Assembly (NCBI GenBank): GCA_951406725.2
Contig: OX597815.1
Span: 104,346,001-104,410,000 of the forward strand
Length of the DNA: 64,000 nt
From: Octopus vulgaris
Lineage: Eukaryota
Direction: 5' to 3'
Of this stretch, positions 13,046 through 24,451 are shown piece after piece (position 1 is the first letter of the stretch; each line of letters begins with the position of its first letter). The notes beneath the pieces are model-generated. The model was not told where the DNA came from, searched no databases, and worked only from the letters and a program-made list of their open reading frames with translations. Both the position numbers and the translations under genes were made by a program.

Positions 13046-13959
13046 TAGTCACGACCTACATATATATAGCCTATTTACATAAAATTCATTACGTAATTAA
13101 ATGCCTATCCATATAACTTTCTATTTATACATATTCATTATCTATCTACGTACATTACTTATTTATTTTTTTACAATTTAAACTCCATTCTATATTTATT
13201 ACCTATTTTTTACATTAGCGTTAATAATTTTGTGAAAAGCAATTTTAAGACAATTACTTTTGAAAATGATTCTGTGTAATATGAACATTTTTTTTTTTCA
13301 AGAATATATTTTGAAAATACATTTACTACACAGTCACGTTGCTGTCTTTTGAAACATTTTGATAAACTATTGTGACTTTTATTCAATAACTATTAATGTG
13401 AATGTCAAGGTGATAGACAAACCTATCTAAAGTTCACATGCTCAAATCTTACTGTGACTTTTAATTTATCTTCAAGTAAATTTCGTTATTGCTTACCTCA
13501 GTCAATTTAGCTACAAAATGAGTCGGAATACTATTTTATGGATGAATTAAGAAAAGCATCAACCTGAAAATATACTCCAATGATTTTCAAATCGAATTTA
13601 TGCTACTTTAAAGAAATATGAGCAAAACTATTCGAAAACCATTTTCACATTTGATATAAAAACTACTTTCTTGCAGCCATTTCATAGTTTGTTGTTTGAA
13701 AATGTTGCGTTTAAGTCTGTGAAAAATAGCAATTAAATCTTTCTTGAATCATACTCTACCATTAACAAATGGCAAATTACATCAGATAAATAGCCATAGT
13801 TATAGTATGCTTGGTAAGAAGTGGAATGGTTATAGCTTGAATGCTTTTGATTATAAGTAGAGCTGATTCGGAGCCAAATAAAATCTTCTATATCTCTCTC
13901 TTTCCACCTTTCTCTTTCTCTCATTATGTGTGTGTGTCTTTGTGAGTGGGGGCCACTTT

Positions 13960-14180
13960 GGGTTCTTATTCTTACGAGCTACAATGTGACTATCACTAGT
14001 GGTGGTGTCACTTCGAAAGAACCTAATACATTTTGTACAGTGGCTGGTGTTAGGAAGGGCATCCAGCTTTAGAAACTATACTAAAGTAGTCATCTGGTAC
14101 GTGATGCAATCCTTCAGCTTGTTAGATCTTGTCAAATCGTTCAACGTATCCCAACGTGGAAGCCAGACTTAAATGATAAT
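13960..14180 (+). mobile_element. SINE/LINE 3' module, degraded
   Basis: gtggctggtgttaggaagggcatccagc...aaatgataat. Confidence 0.7.
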
Positions 14181-14889
14181 AATTGTGTGTGTGTAAAATG
14201 TGTACAGGTAAAGAGGTGTCGGTCCCCTGGCACCAACACCACATTACATTATAGCAATTTAACAGCCAGAACTACAACAAAGAAAACCACCCTCCTTGCT
14301 TAGCCATCTCCAGAATTTTGTGGTAAATCGTGACCTTTTTTTTATAAGGAACCATTTCATTACGTTATTAGCACGTACGAAAATTGGTTTGCTTGAATTA
14401 GGCATTACTACTTTCACTATAGTATTCTTATTATGGAAAGTGTATATTTCAGCAACATGGTTAGGAAGTTATCTCTGTTATCTTAGAAGAACCCTAGACA
14501 TCACTCTGTCAAAGGTTTCTGGTAAACTTTAAGTTAAACATACATATCTCATTAGAGTATAGAAAAAAATTGTGTGAATATGTAGTCAAGGAAGACGATC
14601 TTTGTCCATGTATGTGGCATATTTATATATACGTATGTATGTGCATGTAGACATATCTATGTATATGTAGGTATAAATATGTGTGTGTGTGTATGTATAT
14701 ATACACATCTATCTGTCTGTCCATGCGTGTGTGTGTGTGTGCGCATATATTATTTTTTTTACTTGGCCATGCTGGTGCACCGCCTTGAGAGGTTTAGTTA
14801 AACAAACCACTCTCATTATTCTCTTTCTTTCTAAGCTTGGAACTTAGCTGTCAGACGATGGTGAGGAGAAACACAAACAAATAAACATT

Positions 14890-14964
<75 letters not shown>

Positions 14965-14989
14965 TGGTACAGTATATATGTGTATAGAT

Positions 14990-15173
14990 ATGATAGATCG
15001 CTAGCCACTACACACATCTTTTTGACTCTCTTTGTTTCTTTCTGTGTTTCTCTCTGTGGAAGAGCGTAGGCTCGAAACGTTAAAGACTTTTTCAATTCCC
15101 GAGCGTTATACTAATACATCTGTTTGTTTTCTACACCACCCGTCTTCGTCTTTTGTTTTTTGTGAATTCTCCC
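14990..15173 (+). mobile_element. PLE-like terminal repeat with hammerhead-like motif (copy 1)
   Basis: ctgtggaa-GAGC-gtag-GCTC-GAAAC; second copy at 32312-32500; flanked by (TA)n and (CA)n. Confidence 0.55.
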
Positions 15174-16698
15174 TACACACCCACACCCACACACACACAA
15201 AACACACATACACCTTTATATATTTATAGCTATGATAGAAACATATTAGATTACCTCAATAAATATTTTATTGTGACATAATCTTTTTAATCAAGCCTTT
15301 TTAAAAATAACCACTTTAAGATTTCTAACTCTAAGTTTGACCAACTTCAACGCCAATTTTGACCTCTTGACGACCCATTCTCTGTGGCAAATTGAACTGG
15401 TATTATCTGTAAGCATTATTCTCTGGACTCTAGCATAGCACAAAGCCACCCTGACATACAAAGAATATTGGTCAGTCTCAAGAAAAACTTAAAATACCAC
15501 AAATTATGATCCTTAATATGACACACCTGGTTACTCTTTTACTTACACTAAACAATAACAATGACTGAACACTAAACGATAACAAACTTCCACTATCAAA
15601 CAAGAAAAACTTTCTCCACAATCCTTTTTTCTTAACACATACTCTCCAAACATATATTTTCCCCTTGCCTGTCTCTATAGCCCTTTCCTGCATAACGGCT
15701 TCTCGTGTCTACTGACTCTATATGTAATTATGATTCATATCACTTCACCTACTAATGGAAAACTTTGCCAGAAACTATGTATAATCAGAAAGACCAAAGT
15801 AAACTACAGACAATTGCTGGCAAGCTGAAATTTTAAAATTTCGGTCAATCTTCTACCAATGGAAATAAATATGTACTCTACTAAAAAGAATTGAATGATC
15901 ATGCAGTTTAATGTTTAATTGTTTATATATATCATTTCACATAAAAAAACACACGTGCATGTGTGTGCACGCACACACACACACACCCACACACATGAGA
16001 AAATGTGACGCAGAAGGATGACAAAAAATTTATAGGCAAATGATAAACATCCCACATATGAACACAAACAGACTCTACCCCGCATCAGTTGCCATGCAAA
16101 TATCATCACAATTTCAACACACATATACATGCATCAACATATGCATATGGTGAAGGTGCATAGCTTAATGACTAAGCTCATTATCATATGATCATAGGTC
16201 TGATTCTTTGTCTAGGAAGAACGTTGTATTGTTAAACAAGATACTTAATTTCACAGTTTATTCAAGTGAAATGAGCACCATTTCCTTATTGGTGCAGCCA
16301 TTTCTCAATCCAGCTATCACATACTAAGTATTCACCTGGGTCAATGACAGGAAGGGTGAGAGAGTATGCATTTCTGCTCATAATTACATAAAACAATCAA
16401 TACCAGCATGATACATGTTACTATGTCATACTAGCTTGGAAGAGAAGGGTATGGTTAATGAATGAATAGAAAAATGTATGTGTGCATGAATGCATACATG
16501 TATTTACACACACACACATACATGTGTGTGTGTGTATATATTCATGTATGTGCATGTGTGTGGTTAGGGTATTTGGCTCATAATCATAAGGAAGTGAGTT
16601 CAATACTTGGCAATGCCTTGTGTCCTTGTACAAGACAATTTATTTCATTAGAAAATTACTATTTGTAAATATCACAACAAGAGATATCCAGCAACAGC

Positions 16699-17022
16699 AC
16701 TTTGGAGTAAAGATTGTTTGCCAACATAACATGGCAGTCCTGGTTTAGAATGAATGTTGCTGCAATTTAGCTCCAGGAGACATCGTCTCCAGCTGGCTAT
16801 ACAACACGACCTGTATCCTTATATTTTTGAACAAGGGAATCTAGCACCCCAACTCAGCTCAAAACAATATCTGTGTATCACGTTTTCTGAGTTATTTCTC
16901 TTCTTCAGCACAGAATAATTGTTCAACTAGAGTGGCACTACCAAATTCCCATTCAAAATATGTAGTTTTCAAAGTGACCAGAACTGCCATGTTATGTTGA
17001 CAAACAATCTTTACTCCAAAGT
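16699..17022. mobile_element. Foldback element with ~46 bp inverted arms and an internal hammerhead motif
   Basis: actttggagtaaagattgtttgccaacataacatggcagtcctggt ... accagaactgccatgttatgttgacaaacaatctttactccaaagt. Confidence 0.8.
16871..16913 (-). ncRNA. Hammerhead ribozyme-like motif (type I, degenerate stem III)
   Basis: Minus strand reads ctgtg-CTGAAGA-agagaaataactca-GAAA-acgtg-ATA-cacag; 5-bp stem I ctgtg/cacag; gag/ctc stem II. Confidence 0.55.
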
Positions 17023-17357
17023 ACATTCATCCTAAACTAGGAGAGAGAGAGAGAGAAGGAGAGGGAGAGAGAGAGAGATGAAGAGAGAGAGAAAGGGAGA
17101 GAGAGATGGAGAGAGTGAGATGGAGAGAGAGAGAGAGAGATGGAGAGAGGGGGAGGGAGGAGGAGGAGGAAAAGCCAATCATTTTCTGATAACATTAATG
17201 CTGGTTAATACAGCTAGAAGTGATACTGTCAGTATGTGCTGAAATCATTGTGATCTTCAGTCATTAGCTGATGAAGAGAATGTTCCACATTCTCTTCATC
17301 AGCAACCAGCTGAATGTAAAATATTGATATGTGTCACAAAGATAGCCTAGTAATATT

Positions 17358-17574
17358 CTTTTCTACTCTAGGCACAAGGCCTGAAATTTTTTGGGAGGAA
17401 GCCAGTTAATTAGATCGACCCCAGTACGCAACTGGTACTTAATTTATTGACCCCCCAAAAGGATGAAAGGCAAAGTTGAGCGAGGTAGAATTTAAGCTCA
17501 GAATGTAAAGAGAGATGAAATACCGCTAAGCATTTTGTCCGGCACGTTAACGTTTCTGCCAGCTCACCACCTTA
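17358..17574 (-). mobile_element. tRNA-derived SINE with Meta-like central domain
   Basis: Minus strand has an A-box-like gagctggcagaaacgtt, a B-box-like motif and gcctttcatccttt...aagtaccag; 15-bp TSD tagcct(a/g)gtaatatt at 17343-17357 and 17575-17589. Confidence 0.9.
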
Positions 17575-17909
17575 TAGCCTGGTAATATTAATAAAGAAAA
17601 GGAGAAATTAATTAAAAAGTAAATTCGTTGTTGAAAAAGAAATGATTTTTTTCCTATTTGCAATAATTTCAACACCAGAAATAAACACAGTAAGCTTAAG
17701 TAGAATGATTAATTAAAAGATTTATGGTTAGCAAACATTATTCTCTGCTAGAGCTAGCAAGGGTAATGACTTTGAATATTAGTTAAACCCTAATAGTTTT
17801 CCTAAACATCAAAATTAACCCTACTTGCATTATTTTTAGAGTTGAAAATATTGGGTATTATTTAACTTACACTTTTAGTTAAATATGTCGTCAATGTCTC
17901 ACTATAATT

Positions 17910-18115
17910 CTTTTCTACTCTAGGCACAAGGCCTGAAATGTTTTGGGAGGAGGCTAGTCGATTAGATTGACCCCAGTATGCAACTGGTACTTACTTTATC
18001 GACCCCGAAAGGATGAAAGGCAAAGTTGACTTCAGCAGAATTTGAACTCAGAAGACAGACGAAATACCACTAAGCATTTTACTCGGAATCCTAACGTTTC
18101 TGCCAGCTCACTGCT
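17910..18115 (-). mobile_element. tRNA-derived SINE, same family as 17358-17574
   Basis: Closely similar sequence, including gaatttgaactcag (B box, reverse) and ggatgaaaggcaaagt. Confidence 0.9.
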
Positions 18116-18184
18116 TTCTCTGTAATTAAAAGATTAATTAGTCTTATTGTCTAAGGTCAGCATAATAAATGAGGCATCTGATAT

Positions 18185-18520
18185 GCAAAGAGCACTTAGA
18201 TATGACTGTGATGCTAATGGCAGATAACTGGGCTATTGAGATTTGACTGCGATAAAAGAGCATTGAACTGGGTCATTCGTGTGTGACAGAAATGTAAATG
18301 ACAGCTAATTTGATCACAAGCACTGACTAAGAGTTAAAGAGCAGATAATTGAGTCACTGAGATGTATCGCAGATGTAAAGAGTAGACAACTGTTTAATCC
18401 AGTAGTTAAGAGTAAATAACTGAGATACTGCCATGTGACTGAGCTGTAAATGTAGCTGTGTCATTGGGGGCTGTAAATGAAATGTGAAGGACAAATAGCT
18501 AAGTCACTGCAGTGTGATTG
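18185..18520. repeat. Degenerate minisatellite, ~41 bp unit
   Basis: Recurring aagagcagataactgagtcactgagatgtgact-like units, about 7-8 copies. Confidence 0.5.
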
Positions 18521-19934
18521 CATTTATAAAGTGTGGTGAGTTTTGTAATAGAAGGCAAATATTTATTTTTTTTGTGGTGTAGACAGGATGAAGGGGCAAA
18601 ATTTGAAAACTGTTCAAGCATTTTGAAGCTGGTGAGAAGACAAATATGGGAAAATGCTGGTCACAAAAAAATTCCACAGAGCTGACATACTAGAGAAGAT
18701 AAATTAGATGCTGTAGCTTTTGGTGATGGAGGTTAAGGGGGGAGTTGGTTTCAACAAGATTGTTCTGAGAAACAGAAATTATTTAGTGGTGACAATATAG
18801 GCAGAGAGGAGTCAGCATTTCTATGGTCCAGAAGTTGTTGTGTGTTGCTGAGTAAGTAATTGCCAATTAACTAGATGGCTTCTTTAATTGGATGCCAGCC
18901 AAGGATGTTCATGTGCATAGCAGCAGCACAATCTAAAGTATGGGAGAACATTGTAGATCTTACTATAGGAAGCAGGTGGAGAGTGAAAAGTAAGAGTTAG
19001 ACACATGTATAAAGACAGAAAAAACAGATAAGAAAGGAGACAGAAACTAGAAGGGGACAGAAAGAGAGAGGAGGAGGGAGGGAGAGATATGTGTGTTTCT
19101 GTATTTTTTAATCTATTTTTCAGTTATTCAACTGTGACCATTGAGGGACGTCACCTTCAAAACTATAGGTGATTTTAATCAACACCTTCCTTTGGTATTT
19201 TACTGGTATTTGGTTTATCAATTTTGGAATGAAGAAAAGCATGTTTTATTTTACTTCACATTTTTTACTTCACCTTTTGAAGTTTTCAGAAATCAATATA
19301 TTGTTTTGGCTATTAAGATTAAAGTAAAAAATTCAAAGAAGTTTTAGTGTTAGAAGGGAAGATATATTGTAATTTAAATGTTACCAACATCAAATAATAT
19401 TGTTTTTAAAAAGAAATAAAAAACAAACAAAAAGATGTCTCACAAGTTTTTGTATTTGGTTAAGTGTGAATCAAAATTGTTTAGGGTGGAGAGTTTGGTG
19501 TGTTTTGAATGGGGGAAGCTTTCTTCTCAATATTGTTTCTTCTCAATATTAGATTCCATTGTTTTTGTTATCATACACAGAGTAAAAGGAAGAAGAATAC
19601 ATACATACATACATACATACATACATACATACATACATACATACATACATACATACGAAATAAAACTGAACAATGACATACATATGCATGCATATGTATG
19701 TGCATACACATGTATGAACTTATATGTATACACACACACACATACATACAATGTGTGTATGTGTGTGTGTGTGTGAACATGTACATGTGCATATGTGTAT
19801 ATATGTGTGTGCATGTGTATAATGGCAGCAAATTTCCAAAGTCGTCAGAGTGTTGGATAGACTACTTTGCAGTGTTTGTTTCAGCTCTCAATGTCGTCAA
19901 CAAGGAGAATTCATCTAAGAAGTAATTGCCCCAG

Positions 19935-20165
19935 CTCCCCTTCAACGAAAAACCTGGCTGATGACAGTCAAGGCTGATCTGGAACCCAACCTAGGCCACC
20001 ATATCTACAGCGTTCGCCACTGGAGTAAGGAGTGGTGGTTGGAGATCACGCAGTCGTTAGCCTCAAGTTGCCAGGTCTGGTCGGCGTTTGTGAGAGATGC
20101 AGCATTGAGGATGAATGAAGCCGGCTCAACCCACCTGGGTGAATGCTGCAAGACAACAACAACTC
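19935..20165 (+). mobile_element. 3' end of a distinct RTE-clade LINE
   Basis: QRKTWLMTVKADLEP...RHWSKEWW...WSAFVRDA resembles RTE ORF C-termini; ends in a (CAA)n tail. Confidence 0.6.
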
Positions 20166-20767
20166 TCAATGTACTGAATATAAATCTTGCTGCAGTCAAA
20201 CATGCTTTTCATTCACTCAAGATTGATAAAATACCAGTATGGTGGGTTGTATTAGTAGAATTGCAACAGCATCAGATGATGCCTTTTGAAGTATCTATTC
20301 TGGCTCTTTGCAAACTGATAGCAAAGCCTGCGATGAGACTTGTGCAAAGCTGTATCAGCCCTTGCCATTCCTTTGGAAAATATTCATGGCATCTAGAAGG
20401 AGAACTTCCATGCATGGGGAGCTGGTAGTCTTCCATAAAAATCTTGTCTAAACTTAAGGGTCCTCTCATCCCTATGTTTTCTCCATTCATTCTGCAGCCT
20501 CTTTACAGAGTGCACTGACTGCATTTTATCATGGTACCAATACTAGTGAGGTTATCTTGTAATGTTCAAGACTAAAGAATCTTTACTGCTTAATGTTGTC
20601 ACCATTCACTATGCAGAACATGACCAACAGAGTGGTTAGAAATGAGGTGGTAGCAGATAATGAACTGAGGTGCTATGAAGAAAAAGTGCAAGCATGAAGA
20701 GGAAAACCGAATGTTTGAAATGACAATATAGAAGGAGAGGGAGAAATAGGAAACATAAGAAGGTAAT

Positions 20768-20770
<3 letters not shown>

Positions 20771-20830
<60 letters not shown>
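20771..20830. repeat. (GA)n microsatellite
   Basis: Direct reading. Confidence 0.95.
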
Positions 20831-20833
<3 letters not shown>

Positions 20834-21863
20834 AAGTTAGATATTTACTGGCAAAGAATAATGAGGATGAATAATTATGAAAAAGGAATGGAGATAAGAG
20901 AGTTCGATAGATGTCAATACTGAATGATTTGGAGAGTGGCTAGAAAGTCATAATTAGAAGCATAGAATGAGGGATATTTACAAGTAAGAAAGTGTATGGA
21001 GGACAGGTTGTTGAGATAGTAATGGTAAGAGACTGATGTCACTGAAGGAGTGAGTCAAGAGAGAGGGAGAGTAATGGCTAATTGCACAAGAGAGTAACTA
21101 GAGGATGTATTGAAGGCCAAAAGATTCAATAAAATCTCTCATTACTCAGGCACTGTGATGAAAGAGAGAGGCGGGGAGCAGGGTAGAGAAGTACGGATGG
21201 TGGTTGGGAGAATTGTGTATGAAAAGAGCTAAAGTTTTCCATCATTACAAGGTTAACATAGTACAATGATCAGGAGAGGAAGAAACGCAGCAATGAGATA
21301 GTATAAAATAGGCAAACGGAATAAAAGTGTGTGTGTGTGTGTGGGGGGTGGGGGTGGCAGTGACAAATTACCAAAAGATCCTAAAGTAGATATATTTTAT
21401 ATATAATGGTAAAGCCTTGCAATTTCTTTGATACCAAGTTGTGAAAACATTGCTATTTTCTCAGATAACATTGGTGCCATGGAGAAGGGAGAGACTTGTA
21501 TGTTTGAGTGACTATTAGTCTCCTATAAAAAGAAAAAAGTCTACTAGGTATGTGTTTTGGACACTTTTCATAAAACATATATGTGATTGATCATTAATTT
21601 TACATCCAATTTTTTATCCTGGGATAGCTTAGATGAGTACTTTTAGGCAACATTTTTACAGCTGGATGCTTTACTTATCCATCCATACCTACCTACATAC
21701 ATAAAAACATACATACATACATAATTACATACATACATACTTGTCTACCTACCTACTTGTTTATTTACCTATCTGTGTATCTATCTCTCGATCAGTCAGT
21801 CGGTCGGTTGGTTGGTTGATTGGTTGGTCAGTTGGTTGGTCAGTTGGTGGGTTGGTCGGTCAG

Positions 21864-21941
<78 letters not shown>

Positions 21942-21960
21942 AGTATATATATATATATAT

Positions 21961-22253
21961 AATTATAAGTATATGAAAGAATGGAGTTGAACGACTAGTT
22001 AACAAATATCCTTTATTCTCGAAACATGTGTCGAAACATATGTCGAGAATAAAAGATATTTGTTAACTAGTCGTTCAACTCCATTCTTTCATATACTTAT
22101 AATTTTAAAATAAACATACAAATTTCCGCATGAAGACACATAGTCTATGCCCTAGGGACGTAGCTTCAACCATGTTCTTTCTGATGTGAATTTGCTACCC
22201 AGGTATCGGTTATCTTTCGAATTATCCATAATAAGATAATTCATTCAACTACT

Positions 22254-22256
<3 letters not shown>
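21961..22256. mobile_element. (TA)n-embedded foldback: 62-bp arms plus ~150-bp tail
   Basis: 21961-22022 is the inverse of 22043-22104 (1 mismatch); centre contains GAAAC-ATAT-GTC; (TA)n on both sides. Confidence 0.9.
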
Positions 22257-22292
<36 letters not shown>

Positions 22293-22641
22293 CATCATAT
22301 ATATATACATAATATTTTGGACTAATGGCTATGTCGATCAGTGTGTTAATGTGTCGAGTAAAGCACTGGCATGGTTTGAGCTACCTGATGTCATCTGCAG
22401 GGACTCTCTACATCATGTGTTGCATCCATTTTGCAGTCAGGGTCATATCAGGTGCATCCATACATAAAGTGGAATCTCAAAAAGATCTTGAGTTTGGGCC
22501 CATCAAGTTAGGGAATGAAGCATTACTATTAGATTTCCGTAACAAAAATGGTAAATATTTCTAAATATAAGCATATACACTGTAGATAAGAAAGAAAACA
22601 AAAAAAAAATATATTTTTTTTTAAGAGGTCATGAGCCAACG

Positions 22642-22716
22642 GGTTTTTGGGATCTGATGATATGCCATAAAGCTAAACCCTTTATGAATGGGAAACCTAA
22701 GGTAATCCCATAAACC
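22642..22716 (+). ncRNA. Type I hammerhead ribozyme
   Basis: ggtttttgggat-CTGATGA-(cataaag/ctttatg stem II)-GAAAC-ctaag-GTA-atcccataaacc; stem I 11 of 12 bp; predicted cleavage after 22704. Confidence 0.8.
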
Positions 22717-22741
22717 AGCCTTCCCTATTTTTAATATATAC

Positions 22742-22807
<66 letters not shown>

Positions 22808-22820
22808 ATATATATATATG

Positions 22821-23128
22821 TATATGTACATACATACACATATATATATGCATATATGGGTACAGAACGTCACAAACCATAAACAACATGAAAAGAGTTG
22901 AATACACAACTGTCCATCTGCTCCTCCTTTTGAGTGCTCAAAATGAGAAGCAGATGGACAGCCGACAACTGATGAGGGGTTGTTCTTTATGTTAGTTGTC
23001 CTGTTTTCCATTTGTCTTTCTCGTTGTTTGCGTATTCAACTCTTTTGCTTTTGTATTTCATGTTGTTTATGGTTTGTGACGTTCTGTACCCATATATGCA
23101 TATATATATGTGCATGTATGTACATATA
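22821..23128. mobile_element. (TA)n-embedded foldback/MITE with nested hairpins
   Basis: gcatatatgggtacagaacgtcacaaaccataaacaacatgaaa is inverted at 23056-23100; inner hairpin ctgtccatctgct...agcagatggacag. Confidence 0.85.
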
Positions 23129-23286
23129 CACACACACTCTCGCTCTCTCTCTCACACACACATGCACACACACACACACATATATATATATATTATTTAT
23201 ATTATTATTTGAGTGAATGCCATGCATCCATTTCCAAGTAAGTTTATCTTATATATGTGTGTGTGTGTGTGTGTATATACATGTGT

Positions 23287-23585
23287 GAAGGCACATGGCT
23301 TAGTGGTTAAGGTGTTGCACTCAAGATTGCAAGGCCATGGGTTTGATTCCCAGACTGGGCATCGCGTTGTGGTCTTGAGCAAAGCACTTCATTCCATGTT
23401 GCTCTGTGATCATTTCAACATCTAACATGTGGCACTCATTGTACCTGTACGAGTAATGTTGATCTGATGGAGGGAGTGAGCTTATGTGTACACAAACATT
23501 TGATCACTATAAACAAATCATCTGTGTGATTGTTCAGTAAGAAATTGTTGAACCCTCATTCATCGTCTAATGACAGGAGAGTCCA
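23287..23585 (+). mobile_element. tRNA-derived SINE with CORE-like segment
   Basis: A box TGGCTTAGTGG, B box GGTTTGATTCC, cttgagcaaagcacttc; 3' part repeated at 32537-32658; related heads at about 16150, 16555 and 57668. Confidence 0.85.
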
Positions 23586-23621
23586 TTATTATTATATACA
23601 TATATATATGTATATACGCAT

Positions 23622-24135
23622 ATCATCATCATCATTGTCTAACATTCATTTTCTATGCTAAGTTGGACGGTTTGACTGAGGTCTGGAGAGCCAGCAGATG
23701 CACCAAGCTCCAGCAGATGCACCTGATCTGGCAATGTTTCTACAGCTGGATGCCCTTCCTAATGCCAACCACTCCAAGAGTGTAGTCGATGCTTTTTATG
23801 TACCATTGGTACAGGAGCCAGTCGGGCGGGCCAGGCATCGATCACATTTGGATAGCACTTTTTACGTGCCACCGGCACAGAGGTCAGTCAGAGGGTACTG
23901 GCATCGGTCACATTTGGATGGTGCTTTTTAGGTGCCACTGGCATGGGATCTAGTCAGTGGGGTACTGGCATTGGCCACGTTTGGAAGCCAGTCAGGTGGA
24001 CCTGGCATTGACCATGCTTGGATAGTGCTTTTTACATGCCACCAGTAGGGGAGCCAGTCAGGGGGCATTGGCCACAGCTATGATATTGGTTTTATTTGAC
24101 TCAACAGGTCTTCTCAAGCATATCACATCACCCGA
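23622..24135 (-). mobile_element. RTE-type 3' UTR module with tandem ~60 bp repeats
   Basis: Reverse complement of the 39075-39395 region; (TGA)n tail; about five gtgccNNtggcac-containing units. Confidence 0.85.
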
Positions 24136-24451
24136 CACATCATATATATATACACTCTCACACACATAAATACATACATACATTCATACATGCATGCATA
24201 CATACACATGCACACACACACACACATGTATGTATATATGTATCTATGTATAAACAAATACAACAGAGGGACGAGAAGCAAGGAGTTCTGGTTGAAGTTA
24301 CAACTGTTCCATAATCCACTCAGAGTCACATCATTGACTTTAATGTGGACACATGCACACGCGCACGTACACACACACATGTATATAGTAACCATCCTGA
24401 ATTTGTCTCTAGATGCCTTGTAAGAAATGTTAAGTTGCATCAAACTACATA

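Noticed and set aside
15300-15810. Possible GIY-YIG relic (KNIGQSQEKLK)
   Set aside because: A single short motif with no continuous frame; too degraded to call
19822-19855. Minus-strand CTGACGA-ctttg-GAAA
   Set aside because: No stem I or III pairing and no suitably placed NUH; likely chance
18560-21330. Purine-rich tracts (about 18560-18990 and 20840-21330, also 53450-53930) that may be ancient minus-strand LINE remnants
   Set aside because: No translatable diagnostic motif could be confirmed
23287-23365. tRNA gene
   Set aside because: A and B boxes are present but no cloverleaf could be built, and it continues into a SINE body
23780-24070. Regularly spaced repeats suggestive of a CRISPR array
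   Set aside because: Eukaryotic context, no cas genes, and the spacers resemble each other; this is the RTE 3' UTR tandem repeat
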